NCBI GenBank assembly: GCA_964016885.1
Contig: OZ024742.1
Coordinates: forward strand, 185,132,001-185,196,000
Length of the DNA: 64,000 nt
Reading direction: 5' to 3'
Source: Eledone cirrhosa
Lineage: Eukaryota
Part shown: piece by piece, positions 1 to 12,860 of the stretch
How the letters are laid out: the number at the start of each line of letters is the position of its first letter
Numbering within the stretch: the first letter of the stretch is position 1
Made by a program: the position numbers and the translations under genes
Notes under the pieces: generated by a model
What the model was told of the DNA's origin: nothing
What the model saw: the letters and a program-made list of their open reading frames with translations, nothing else
Database searches by the model: none

Positions 1-3000
1 AAGTTAAGTTGGGGTTAAGTTAAGTTGGGGTTAAGTTAAGTTGGGGTCAACTTAAGTTGGGGCTAAGTTAAGTTGGGGTTAAGTTAAGTTGGGGCTAAGT
101 TAAGTTGGAGTTAAGTTAAGTTGGGGTTAAATTAAGTTGGGGTCAACGTAAGTTGGGGTTAAGTTAAGTTGGGGTTAAGTTAATTTGGGGGTAAGTTAAG
201 TTGGGGTTAAGTTAAGTTGGGGTTAAGTTAAGTTGGGGTTAAGTTAAGTTGGGGCTGAGTTAAATTGGGGCTGTGTTAAGTTGGGGTTAAGTTAAGTTGG
301 GGTTAAGTTAAGTTGGGGTTAAGTTAAGTTGGGGTTAAGTTGGGGTTAAATTAAGTTGGGGTTAATTTAAGTTGGGGTTAAGTTAAGTTGGGTTTAGGTT
401 AAGTTGGGGTTGAGTTAAGTTGGGGTTAAGTTAAGTTGGGGTTAATTTAAGTTGGGGTTAAGTTAAGTTGGGGCTGAGTTAAGTTGGGGTTAAGTTAAGT
501 TGGGGTTGAGTTAAGTTGGGGTTAAGTTAAGTTGGGGTTAAGTTAAGTCGGGGTTAAGTTAAGTTGGGGTTAAGTTAAGTTGGGGTTAAGTTAAGTTGGG
601 GTTAAGTTAAGTTGGGGTTAAGTTAAGTTGGGGTTAAGATAAGTTGGGGTTAAGTTAAGTTGGGGTTGAGTTAAGTTGGGGTTGAGTTAATTTGGGGTTA
701 AGTTAAGTTGGGGTTAAGTTAAGTTGGGGTTAAGTTAAGTTGGGGTTAAGTTAAGTTGGGGTTAAGATAAGTTGGGGTTAAGTTAAGTTGGGGTTGAGTT
801 AAGTTGGGGTTGAGTTAAGTTGGGGTTAAGTTAAGTTGGGGTTAATTTAAGTTGGGGTTAAGTTAAGTTGGGGCTGAGTTAAGTTGGGGTTAAGTTAAGT
901 TGGGGTTGAGTTAAGTTGGGGTTAAGTTAAGTTGGGGTTAAGTTAAGTCGGGGTTAAGTTAAGTTGGGGTTAAGTTAAGTTGGGGTTAAGTTAAGTTGGG
1001 GTTAAGTTAAGTTGGGGTTAAGTTAAGTTGGGGTTAACTTAAGTCGGGGTTAAGTTAAGTTGGGGTTAAGTTAAGTTGGGGTCAAGTTAAGTTGGGGTTA
1101 AGTTGGGGTTATGTTAAGTTGGGGTTAAGTTAAGTTGGGGTTAAGTTAAGTCGGGGTTAAATTAAGTTGGGGTTAAGTTAAGTTGGGGTTAAGTTAAGTT
1201 GGGGTCAAGTTAAGTTGGGGTTAAGTTAAGTTGGGGTTAAGTTAAGTCGCGGTTAAGTTAAGTTGGGGTTAAGTTAAGATGGGGTTAAGTTAAGTTGGGG
1301 TTAAGTTAAGTTGGGGTTAAGATAAGTTGGGGTTAAGTTAAGTTGGGGTTGAGTTAAGTTGGGGTTGAGTTAATTGGGGTTAAGTTAAGTTGGGGTTAAC
1401 TTAAGTTGGGTTTAAGTTAAGTTGGGGTTAAGTTAAGTTGGGGTTAAATTAAGTTGGGGTTAAGATAAGTTGGGGTTAAGTTAAGTCGGGGTTAAGTTAA
1501 GTCGGGGTTAAGTTAAGTTGGGGTTAAGTTAACTTGGTGTTAAGTTAAGTTGGGGCTCAGTTAAGTTGGGGTTGAGTTAAGTTGGGGTCAATTTAAGTTG
1601 GGACTAAGCTAAGTTGGGGTTAAGTTAAGTTGGGGTTAAGTTAAGTTGGCGCTAAGTTTAGTGAAGGTTAAGTTAAGTTGGGGTTGAGTTAAGTTGGGGT
1701 TAAGTTAAGTTGGGGTTAAGTTAAGTTAGGGTTAAGTTAAGCTTGGGTTAAGTTAAGTTGGGGTTGAGTTAATTTGGGGTTGAGTTAAGTTGGGGTTGAG
1801 TTAAGTTGGGGTTGAGTTAAGTTGGGGTTAAGTTAAGTTGGGGTTAACTTAAGTTGGGGTTAAGTTAAGTTGGGGTCAATTTAAGTTGAGGTTAAGTTAA
1901 CTTGGGATTAAGTTAAGTTGGGGTTAACTTAAATTGAGGTTAAGTTAAGTTGGGGTTAAGTTAAGTTGGGGGTAAGTTAAGTTGGGGGTAAGTTAAGTTT
2001 GGGTTAAGTTGGGGTTAAGTTAAGTTAGGGTTAAGTTACGTTGGGGTTGAGTTAAGTTGGGGTTAATTTAAATTGGGGTTAAGTTAACTTTGTGGTTCAG
2101 TTAAGTTGGGGTTAAGTTAAGTTGGGGCTTATTTAAGTTGGGGTTAAGTTAAGTTGTGGTTAAGTTAAGTTGGGGTTAAGTTAAGTTGGGGTTAAGTTAA
2201 GTTGGGGTTAAGTTAAGTTGGGGTTAAATTAAGCTGGGTTGAAGTTAAGTTGGGGTTAAGTTAAGTTGGGGTTAAGTTAAGTTGGGGTTAAGTTAAGTTG
2301 GGGTTAAGTTAAGTCGGGGTTAAGTTAATTTGGGGTTCAGTTAAGTTGGGGTTAAGTTAAGTTGGGGCTTATTTAAGTTGGGGTTAAGTTAAGTTGTGGT
2401 TAAGTTAAGTTGGGGTTAAGTTAAGTCGGGGTTAAGTTAAGTCGGGGTTAAGTTAAGTTGTGGTTAAGTTAAGTTGGGGTTAAGTTAAGTTGGGGTTAAG
2501 TTAAGTTAGGGATAAGCTAAGTTGGCGTTAAGTTAAGTTGGGGTTAAGTTAAGTTGGGGTTAAGTTAAGTTGTGGTTAAGTTAAGTTGGGGCTGAGTTAA
2601 GTTGGGGTCAAGTTAAGTTGGGGTTGAGTTAAGTTGGGGTTAAGTTAAGTTGGGGTTAAGTTAAGTCGCGGTTAAGTTAAGTTGGGGTTAAGTTAAGATG
2701 GGGTTAAGTTAAGTTGTGGTTAAGTTAAGTTGGGGTTAAGATAAGTTGGGGTTAAGTTAAGTTGCGGTTGAGTTAAGTTGGGGTTGAGTTAATTGGGGTT
2801 AAGTTAAGTTGGGGTTAACTTAAGTTGGGTTTAAGTTAAGTTGGGGTTAAGTTAAGTTGGGGTTAAATTAAGTTGGGGTTATGATAAGTTGGGGTTAAGT
2901 TAAGTCGGGGTTAAGTTATGTCGGGGTTAAGTTAAGTTGGTGTTAAGTTAACTTGGTGTTAAGTTAAGTTGGGGTTCAGTTAAGTTGGGGTTGAGTTAAG

Positions 3001-6000
3001 TTGGGGGTCAAGTTAAGTTGGGGTTAAGCTAAGTTGGGGTTAAGTTAAGTTGGGGTTAAGTTAAGTTGGGGTTAATTTAAGTTTTGGTTAAGTTAAGTTG
3101 TGGCTGAGTTAAGTTGGGGTCAAGTTAAGTTGGGGTTGAGTTAAGAAGGGGTTAAGTGAACTTGGGGTTAAGTTAAGTTGGGGTTAAGTTAAGTTGGGGT
3201 TAAGTTAAGTTGGGGTTAAGTTAAGTTGGGGTTAAAATAAGTTGGGGTTAAGTTAAGTTGGGGTTGAGTTAAGTTGGGGTTGAGTTAATTTGGGGTTAAG
3301 TTAAGTTGGGGTTAACTTAAGTTGGGGTTCAGTTAAGTTGGCGTTCAGTTAAGTTGCGGTGAAGTTAAGTTGGGGTTAACTTAAGTCGGGGTTAAGTTAA
3401 GTTGGGGTTAATTTAAGTTGGGGTCAAGTTAAGTTGGGGTTAAGTTAAGTTGGGGTTATGTTAAGTTGGGGTTAAGTTAAGTTGGGGTTAAGTTAAGTCG
3501 GGGTTAAGTTAAGTTGGGGTTAAGTTAAGTTGCGGTTAAGTTGAGTTGGGGTCAAGTTAAGTTGGGGTTAAGTTAAGTTGGGGTTAAGTTAAGTCGCGGT
3601 TAAGTTAAGTTGGGGTTAAGTTAAGATGGGGTTAAGTTAAGTTGGGGTTAAGTTAAGTTGGGGTTAAGATAAGTTGGGGTTAAGTTAAGTTGGGGTTGAG
3701 TTAAGTTGGGGTTGAGTTAATTGGGGTTAAGTTAAGTTGGGGTCAACTTAAGTTGGGTTTAAGTTAAGTTGGGGTTAAGTTAAGTTGGGGTTAAATTAAG
3801 TTGGGGTTAAGATAAGTTGGGGTTAAGTTAAGTCGGGGTTAAGTTAAGTCGGGTTTAAGTTAAGTTGGGGTTAAGTTAACGTGCTGTTAAGTTAAGTTGG
3901 GGCTCAGTTAAGTTGGGGTTGAGTTAAGTTGGGGTCAAGTTAAGTTGGGACTAAGCTAAGTTGGGGTTAAGTTAAGTTGGGGTTAAGTTAAGTTGGCGCT
4001 AAGTTAAGTGAAGGTTAAGTTAAGTCGGGGTTAAGTTAAGTTGGGGTTAAGTTAAGTTGGGGTTAAGTTAAGTTGGGGTCAAGTTAAGTTGGGGTTAAGT
4101 TAAGTTGGGGTTAAGTTAAGTCGCGGTTAAGTTAAGTTGGGGTTAAGTTAAGATGGGGTTAAGTTAAGTTGGGGTTAAGTTAAGTTGGGGTTAAGATAAG
4201 TTGGGGTTCAGTTAAGTTGGGGTTGAGTTAAGTTGGGGTTGAGTTAATTGGGGGTAAGTTAAGTTGGGGGTAAGTTAAGTTTGGGTTAAGTTGGGGTTAA
4301 GTTAAGTTAGGGTTAAGTTACGTTGGGGTTGAGTTAAGTTGGGGTTAATTTAAATTGGGGTTAAGTTAACTTTGTGGTTAAGTTAAGTTGGGGTTAAGTT
4401 AAGTTGAGGTTAATTTAAGTTGAGGTTAAGTTAAGTTGGGGTTAAGTTAAGTTGGGGTTAAATTAAGCTGGGTTGAAGTTAAGTTGGGGTTAAGTTAAGT
4501 TGGGGTTAAGTTAAGTTGGGGTTAAGTTAAGTTGGGGTTAAGTTAAGTCGGGGTTAAGTTAATTTGGGGTTCAGTTAAGTTGGGGTTAAGTTAAGTTGGG
4601 GCTTATTTAAGTTGGGGTTAAGTTAAGTTGTGGTTAAGTTAAGTTGGGGTTAAGTTAAGTCGGGGTTAAGTTAAGTCGGGGTTAAGTTAAGTTGTGGTTA
4701 AGTTAAGTTGGGGTTAAGTTAAGTTGGGGTTGAGTTAAGTTAGGGATAAGCTAAGTTGGCTTTAAGTTAAGTTGGGGTTAAGTTAAGTTGGGGTTAAGTT
4801 AAGTTGTGGTTAAGTTAAGTTGGGGCTGAGTTAAGTTGGGGTCAAGTTAAGTTGGGGTTGAGTTAAGTTGGGGTTAAGTTAACTTGGGGTTAATTTAAGT
4901 TGGGGTTAAGTCAAATTGGGTTTGAGTTAAGTTAGGGTTAAGTTAAGTTGGGGTTAAGTTAAGTTGGGGTTAAGTTAAGTTGGGGTTAAGTTAAGTTGGG
5001 GTTAAATTAAGCTGGGTTTAAGTTAAGTTGGGGTTAAGTTAAGTTGGGGTTAAGTTAAGGTGGGGTTAAGTTAAGTTGAGGTTAAGTTAAGTTGGGGTTA
5101 AATTCAGTTGGGGTTAAGTTAAGTTGGGGTTAAGTTAAGTTGGGGATAAGTTAAGTTGAGTTTAAGTTAAGTTGGAGTTAATTTAAGTTGAGGTTAAGTT
5201 AAGTTGTGGTTAAGTTAAGTTGTGGTTAAGTTAAGTTGGGGTTAAGTTAAGTTGGGGTTCAGTTAAGTTGGGGTTACGTTAAGTAGGGGTTAAGTTGGGG
5301 TTAAATTAAGTTGGGGTTAAGTTAAGTTGGGGTTAAGTTAAGTTGGGGTTAAGTTAAGTTGGGGTTAAGTTAAGTTGGGGTTAAGTTAAGTTGGGGTTGA
5401 GTTAAGTTGGGGTTAAGTTAAGTCGGGGTTAAGTTAAGTTGGGGTTAAGTTAAGTTGGGGTTAAGTTAAGTTGGGGTTGAGTTAAGTTGGGGTTAAGTTA
5501 AGTTGGGTTTAACTTAAGTTGGGGTTAAGTTAAGTTGGGGTTAAGTTAAGGTGGGGTTAAGTTAAGTTGGGGTTAAGTTAAGTCGGGGTTAAGTTAAGTT
5601 GGGGTTAAGTTAAGTTGGGGTTAAGTTAAGTTGGGGTTAAGATAAGTTGGGGTTAAGTTAAGTTGGGGTTGAGTTAAGTTGGGGTTAAGTTAAGTTGGCG
5701 TTCAGTTAAGTTGCGGTTAAGTTAAGATGGTGTTAACTTAAGTCGGGGTTAAGTTAAGTTGGGGTTAAGTTAAGTTGGGGTCAAGTTAAGTTGGGGTTAA
5801 GTTAAGTTGGGGTTAAGTTAAGTTGGGGTTAAGTTAAGTCGGGGTTAAGTTAAGTTGGGGTTAAGTTAAGTTGGGGTTAAGTTAAGTTGGGGTCAAGTTA
5901 AGTTGGGGTTAAGTTAAGTTGGGGTTAAGTTAAGTTGGGGTTAAGTTAAGTCGCGGTTAAGTTAAGTTGGGGTTAAGTTAAGATGGGGTTAAGTTAAGTT

Positions 6001-9000
6001 GTGGTTAAGTTAAGTTGGGGTTAAGATAAGTTGGGGTTAAGTTAAGTTGCGGTTGAGTTAAGTTGGGGTTGAGTTAATTGGGGTTAAGATAAGTTGGGGT
6101 TAAGTTAAGTTGCGGTTGAGTTAAGTTGGGGTTGAGTTAATTGGGGTTAAGTTAAGTTGGGGTTAACTTAAGTTGGGTTTAAGTTAAGTTGGGGTTAAGT
6201 TAAGTTGGGGTTAAATTAAGTTGGGGTTATGATAAGTTGGGGTTAAGTTAAGTCGGGGTTAAGTTATGTCGGGGTTAAGTTAAGTTGGTGTTAAGTTAAC
6301 TTGGTGTTAAGTTAAGTTGGGGTTCAGTTAAGTTGGGGTTGAGTTAAGTTGGGGGTCAAGTTAAGTTGGGGTTAAGCTAAGTTGGGGTTAAGTTAAGTTG
6401 GCGTTAAGTTAAGTTGGGGTTAATTTAAGTTTTGGTTAAGTTAAGTTGGGACTGAGTTAGGTTGGGGTCAAGTTAAGTTGGGGTTGAGTTAAGTTGGGGT
6501 TGAGTTAATTTGGGGTTAAGTTAAGTTGGGGTTAACTTAAGTTGGGGTTCAGTTAAGTTGGCGTTCAGTTAAGTTGCGGTGAAGTTAAGTTGGGGTTAAC
6601 TTAAGTCGGGGTTAAGTTAAGTTGGGGTTAATTTAAGTTGGGGTCAAGTTAAGTTGGGGTTAAGTTAAGTTGGGGTTAAGTTAAGTTGGGGTTAAGTTAA
6701 GTTGCGGTTAAGTTAAGTTGGGGTCAAGTTAAGTTGGGGTTAAGTTAAGTTGGGGTTAAGTTAAGTCGCGGTTAAGTTAAGTTGGGGTTAAGTTAAGATG
6801 GGGTTAAGTTAAGTTGGGGTTAAGTTAAGTTGGGGTTAAGATAAGTTGGGGTTAAGTTAAGTTGGGGTTGAGTTAAGTTGGGGTTGAGTTAATTGGGGTT
6901 AAGTTAAGTTGGGGTTAACTTAAGTTGGGTTTAAGTTAAGTTGGGGTTAAGTTAAGTTGGGGTTAAATTAAGTTGGGGTTAAGATAAGTTGGGGTTAAGT
7001 TAAGTCGGGGTTAAGTTAAGTCGGGGTTAAGTTAAGTTGGGGTTAAGTTAACTTGCTGTTAAGTTAAGTTGGGGCTAAGTTAAGTTGGGGTTGAGTTAAG
7101 TTGGGGTCAAGTTAAGTTGGGACTAAGCTAAGTTGGGGTTAAGTTAAGTTGCGGTTAACTTAAGTTGGCGCTAAGTTAAGTGAAGGTTAAGTTAAGTTGG
7201 GGTTGAGTTAAGTTGGGGTTAAGTTAAGTTGGGGTTGAGTTAAGTTGGGGTTGAGTTAAGTTGGGGTTGAGTTAAGTTGGGGTTACGTTAAGTTGGGGTT
7301 AAGTTAAGTTGGGGTTAAGTTAAGTTAGGGTTAACTTAAGTTGGGGTTAATTTAAGTTGGGGTTGAGTTAAGTTGGGGTTTAATTAAGTTGGGGTTGAGT
7401 TAAGTTGGGGTTGAGTTAAGTTGGGCTTGAGTTAAGTTGGGGTTGAGTTAAGTTGGGCTTATCTTAAGTTGGGGTTAATTTAAGATGGGGTTAAGTTAAG
7501 TTGGGGTTAAGTTAATTTGGGGTTAAGTTAAGTTGGGGTTAAGTTAAGTTGGGGTTATGTTAAGTTGGGGTTAAGTTAAGTTGAGGTTAACTTAAGTTGG
7601 GGTTAAGTTAAGTTGGGGTTAAGTTAAGTTGGGGCTTAGTTAAGTTGGGGCTAAGTTAAGTTGGGGTTAAGTTAAGTTGGGGTTAAGTTAAGTTGGGGTT
7701 AAGTTAAGTTGGGGTTAAGATAAGTTGGGGTTAAGTTAAGTTGGGGTTGAGTTAAGTTGGGGTTGAGTTAATTTGGGGTTAAGTTAAGTTGGGGTTAACT
7801 TAAGTTGGGGTTCAGTTAAGTTGGCGTTCAGTTAAGTTGCGGTGAAGTTAAGTTGGGGTTAACTTAAGTCGGGGTTAAGTTAAGTTGGGGTTAAGTTAAG
7901 TTGGGGTGAAGTTAAGTTGGGGTTAAGTTAAGTTGGGGTTATGTTAAGTTGGCGTTCAGTTAAGTTGCGGTGAAGTTAAGTTGGGGTTAACTTAAGTCGG
8001 GGTTAAGTTAAGTTGGAGTTAAGTTAAGTTGGGGTCAAGTTAAGTTGGGGTTAAGTTAAGTTGGGGTTATGTTAAGTTGGGGTTAAGTTAAGTTGGGGTT
8101 AAGTTAAGTCGGGGTTAAGTTAAGTTGGGGTTAAGTTAATTGGGGGTAAGTTAAGTTTGGGTTAAGTTGGGGTTAAGTTAAGTTAGGGTTAAGTTACGTT
8201 GGGGTTGAGTTAAGTTGGGGTTAATTTAAATTGGGGTTAAGTTAACTTTGTGGTTAAGTTAAGTTGGGGTTAAGTTAAGTTGAGGTTAAGTTAATTTGAG
8301 GTTAAGTTAAGTTGGGGTTAAGTTAAGTTGGGGTTAAATTAAGCTGGGTTGAAGTTAAGTTGGGGTTAAGTTAAGTTGGGGTTAAGTTAAGTTGGGGTCA
8401 AGTTAAGTTGGGGTTAAGTTAAGTTAAGCTTGGGTTAAATTAAGTTGGGGTTGAGTTAATTTGGGGTTGAGTTAAGTTGGGGTTGAGTTAAGTTGGGGTT
8501 GAGTTAAGTTGGGGTTAAGTTAAGTTGGGGTTAACTTAAGTTGGGGTTAAGTTAAGTTGGGGTCAATTTAAGTTGAGGTTAAGTTAACTTGGGATTAAGT
8601 TAAGTTGGGGTTAACTTAAATTGAGGTTAAGTTAAGTTGGGGTTAAGTTAAGTTGGGGGTAAGTTAAGTTGGGGGTAAGTTAAGTTTGGGTTAAGTTGGG
8701 GTTAAGTTAAGTTAGGGTTAAGTTACGTTGGGGTTGAGTTAAATTGGGGTTAATTTAAATTGGGGTTAAGTTAACTTTGTGGTTAAGTTAAGTTGGGGTT
8801 AAGTTAAGTTGAGGTTAAGTTAATTTGAGGTTAAGTTAAGTTGGGGTTAAGTTAAGTTGGGGTTAAATTAAGCTGGGTTGAAGTTAAGTTGGGGTTAAGT
8901 TAAGTTGGGGTTAAGTTAAGTTGGGTTTAAGTTAAGTTGGGGTTAAGTTAAGTTGGGGTTAAGTTAAGGTGGGGTTAAGTTAAGTTGGGGTTAAGTTAAG

Positions 9001-10238
9001 TCGGGGTTAAGTTAAGTTGGGGTTAAGTTAAGTTGGGGTTAAATTAAGTTGGGGTTAAGTTAAGTTGGGGTTAAGATAAGTTGGGGTTAAGTTAAGTTGG
9101 GGTTGAGTTAAGTTGGGGTTGAGTTAATTTGGGGTTAAGTTAAGTTGGGGTTAACTTAAGTTGGGGTTAAGTTAAGTTGGCGTTCAGTTAAGTTGCGGTT
9201 AAGTTAAGTTGGGGTTAACTTAAGTCGGGGTTAAGTTAAGTTGGGGTTAAGTTAAGTTGGGGTCAGGTTAAGTTGGGGTTAAGTTAAGTTGGGGTTAAGT
9301 TAAGTTGGGGTTAAGTTAAGTCGGGGTTAAGTTAAGTTGGGGTTAAGTTAAGTTGGGGTTAAGTTAAGTTGGGGTCAAGTTAAGTTGGGGTTAAGTTAAG
9401 TTGGGGTTAAGTTAAGTTGGGGTTAAGTTAAGTCGCGGTTAGTTAAGTTGGGGTTAAGTTAAGATGGGGTTAAGTTAAGTTGTGGTTAAGTTAAGTTGGG
9501 GTTAAGATAAGTTGGGGTTAACTTAAGTTGCGGTTGAGTTAAGTTAGGGTTGAGTTAATTGGGGTTAAGTTAAGTTGGGGCTAAGTTAAGTTGGGGCTAA
9601 GTTAAGTTGGGGCTAAGTTAAGTTGGGGTTAAGTTAAGGTGGGGTTTAGTTAAGTTGGGGTTGAGTTAAGTTGGGGTTGAGTTAAGTTGGGGTTAAGTTA
9701 AGTTGGGGTTAAGTTAAGTTAGGGTTAACTTAAGTTGGGGTTAAGTTAAGTTTAGGTTAACTTAAGTTGGGGTTAAGTTAAGTTGGGGTTAAGTTAAGTT
9801 GGGGCTAAGTTAAGTTGGGGCTAAGTTAAGTTGGGGCTAAGTTAAGTTGGGGTTAAGTTAAGGTGGGGTTTAGTTAAGTTGGGGTTGAGTTAAGTTGGGG
9901 TTGAGTTAAGTTAGGGTTAAGTTAAGTTGGGGTTAAGTTAAGTTAGGGTTAACTTAAGTTGGGGTTAAGTTAAGTTGGGGTTTAATTAAGTTGGGGTTGA
10001 GTTAAGTTGGGGTTGAGTTAAGTTGGGCTTGAGTTAAGTTGGGGTTGAGTTAAGTTGGGCTTATCTTAAGTTGGGGTTAATTTAAGATGGGGTTAAGTTA
10101 AGTTGGGGTTAAGTTAATTTGGGGTTAAGTTAAGTTGGGGTTAAGTTAAGTTGGGGTTATGTTAAGTTGGGGTTAAGTTAAGTTGAGGTTAACTTAAGTT
10201 GGGGTTAAGTTAAGTTGGGGCTAAGTTAAGTTGGGGCT

Positions 10239-12860
10239 AAGTTAAGTTGGGGTTAAGTTAAGTTGGGGTTAAGTTAAGTTGGGGTCAACTTAAGTTGGGG
10301 CTAAGTTAAGTTGGGGTTAAGTTAAGTTGGGGCTAAGTTAAGTTGGAGTTAAGTTAAGTTGGGGTTAAATTAAGTTGGGGTCAACGTAAGTTGGGGTTAA
10401 GTTAAGTTGGGGTTAAGTTAATTTGGGGGTAAGTTAAGTTGGGGTTAAGTTAAGTTGATGTTAAGTTAAGTTGGGGTTAAGTTAAGTTGGGGCTGAGTTA
10501 AATTGGGGCTGTGTTAAGTTGGGGTTAAGTTAAGTTGGGGTTAAGTTAAGTTGGGGTTAAGTTAAGTTGGGGTTAAGTTGGGGTTAAATTAAGTTGGGGT
10601 TAATTTAAGTTGGGGTTAAGTTAAGTTGGGTTTAGGTTAAGTTGGGGTTGAGTTAAGTTGGGGTTAAGTTAAGTTGGGGTTAATTTAAGTTGGGGTTAAG
10701 TTAAGTTGGGGCTGAGTTAAGTTGGGGTTAAGTTAAGTTGGGGTTGAGTTAAGTTGGGGTTAAGTTAAGTTGGGGTTAAGTTAAGTCGGGGTTAAGTTAA
10801 GTTGGGGTTAAGTTAAGTTGGGGTTAAGTTAAGTTGGGGTTAAGTTAAGTTGGGGTTAAGTTAAGTTGGGGTTAAGATAAGTTGGGGTTAAGTTAAGTTG
10901 GGGTTGAGTTAAGTTGGGGTTGAGTTAATTTGGGGTTAAGTTAAGTTGGGGTTAAGTTAAGTTGGGGTTAAGTTAAGTTGGGGTTAAGTTAAGTTGGGGT
11001 TAAGATAAGTTGGGGTTAAGTTAAGTTGGGGTTGAGTTAAGTTGGGGTTGAGTTAAGTTGGGGTTAAGTTAAGTTGGGGTTAATTTAAGTTGGGGTTAAG
11101 TTAAGTTGGGGCTGAGTTAAGTTGGGGTTAAGTTAAGTTGGGGTTGAGTTAAGTTGGGGTTAAGTTAAGTTGGGGTTAAGTTAAGTCGGGGTTAAGTTAA
11201 GTTGGGGTTAAGTTAAGTTGGGGTTAAGTTAAGTTGGGGTTAAGTTAAGTTGGGGTTAAGTTAAGTTGGGGTTAACTTAAGTCGGGGTTAAGTTAAGTTG
11301 GGGTTAAGTTAAGTTGGGGTCAAGTTAAGTTGGGGTTAAGTTGGGGTTATGTTAAGTTGGGGTTAAGTTAAGTTGGGGTTAAGTTAAGTCGGGGTTAAGT
11401 TAAGTTGGGGTTAAGTTAAGTTGGGGTTAAGTTAAGTTGGGGTCAAGTTAAGTTGGGGTTAAGTTAAGTTGGGGTTAAGTTAAGTCGCGGTTAAGTTAAG
11501 TTGGGGTTAAGTTAAGATGGGGTTAAGTTAAGTTGGGGTTAAGTTAAGTTGGGGTTAAGATAAGTTGGGGTTAAGTTAAGTTGGGGTTGAGTTAAGTTGG
11601 GGTTGAGTTAATTGGAGTTAAGTTAAGTTGGGGTTAACTTAAGTTGGGTTTAAGTTAAGTTGGGGTTAAGTTAAGTTGGGGTTAAATTAAGTTGGGGTTA
11701 AGATAAGTTGGGGTTAAGTTAAGTTGGGGTTAAGTTAAGTCGGGGTTAAGTTAAGTTGGGGTTAAGTTAACTTGGTGTTAAGTTAAGTTGGGGCTCAGTT
11801 AAGTTGGGGTTGAGTTAAGTTGGGGTCAATTTAAGTTGGGACTAAGCTAAGTTGGGGTTAAGTTAAGTTGGGGTTAAGTTAAGTTGGCGCTAAGTTTAGT
11901 GAAGGTTAAGTTAAGTTGGGGTTGAGTTAAGTTGGGGTTAAGTTAAGTTGGGGTTAAGTTAAGTTAGGGTTAAGTTAAGCTTGGGTTAAGTTAAGTTGGG
12001 GTTGAGTTAATTTGGGGTTGAGTTAAGTTGGGGTTGAGTTAAGTTGGGGTTGAGTTAAGTTGGGGTTAAGTTAAGTTGGGGTTAAGTTAAGTTGGGGTCA
12101 ATTTAAGTTGAGGTTAAGTTAACTTGGGATTAAGTTAAGTTGGGGTTAACTTAAATTGAGGTTAAGTTAAGTTGGGGTTAAGTTAAGTTGGGGGTAAGTT
12201 AAGTTGGGGGTAAGTTAAGTTTGGGTTAAGTTGGGGTTAAGTTAAGTTAGGGTTAAGTTACGTTGGGGTTGAGTTAAGTTGGGGTTAATTTAAATTGGGG
12301 TTAAGTTAACTTTGTGGTTCAGTTAAGTTGGGGTTAAGTTAAGTTGGGGCTTATTTAAGTTGGGGTTAAGTTAAGTTGTGGTTAAGTTAAGTTGGGGTTA
12401 AGTTAAGTTGGGGTTAAGTTAAGTTGGGGTTAAGTTAAGTTGGGGTTAAATTAAGCTGGGTTGAAGTTAAGTTGGGGTTAAGTTATGTTGGGGTTAAGTT
12501 AAGTTGGGGTTAAGTTAAGTTGGGGTTAAGTTAAGTCGGGGTTAAGTTAATTTGGGGTTCAGTTAAGTTGGGGTTAAGTTAAGTTGGGGCTTATTTAAGT
12601 TGGGGTTAAGTTAAGTTGTGGTTAAGTTAAGTTGGGGTTAAGTTAAGTCGGGGTTAAGTTAAGTCGGGGTTAAGTTAAGTTGTGGTTAAGTTAAGTTGGG
12701 GTTAAGTTAAGTTGGGGTTAAGTTAAGTTAGGGATAAGCTAAGTTGGCGTTAAGTTAAGTTGGGGTTAAGTTAAGTTGGGGTTAAGTTAAGTTGTGGTTA
12801 AGTTAAGTTGGGGCTGAGTTAAGTTGGGGTCAAGTTAAGTTGGGGTTGAGTTAAGTTGGG
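10239..12860 (+). repeat. Copy of ~1-2640 at offset 10,238 (10,222 after loss of one monomer)
   Basis: The C of GTCAACTT pairs at 48/10286. An 11-bp monomer followed by TTATG pairs at 1111/11349. GATAAGCT pairs at 2511/12733. Confidence 0.85.

Noticed and set aside
1724-1732. Vertebrate-type TTAGGG telomere repeats
   Set aside because: They occur only as isolated G-to-A variants of TTGGGG within the 16-bp phase and never in tandem.
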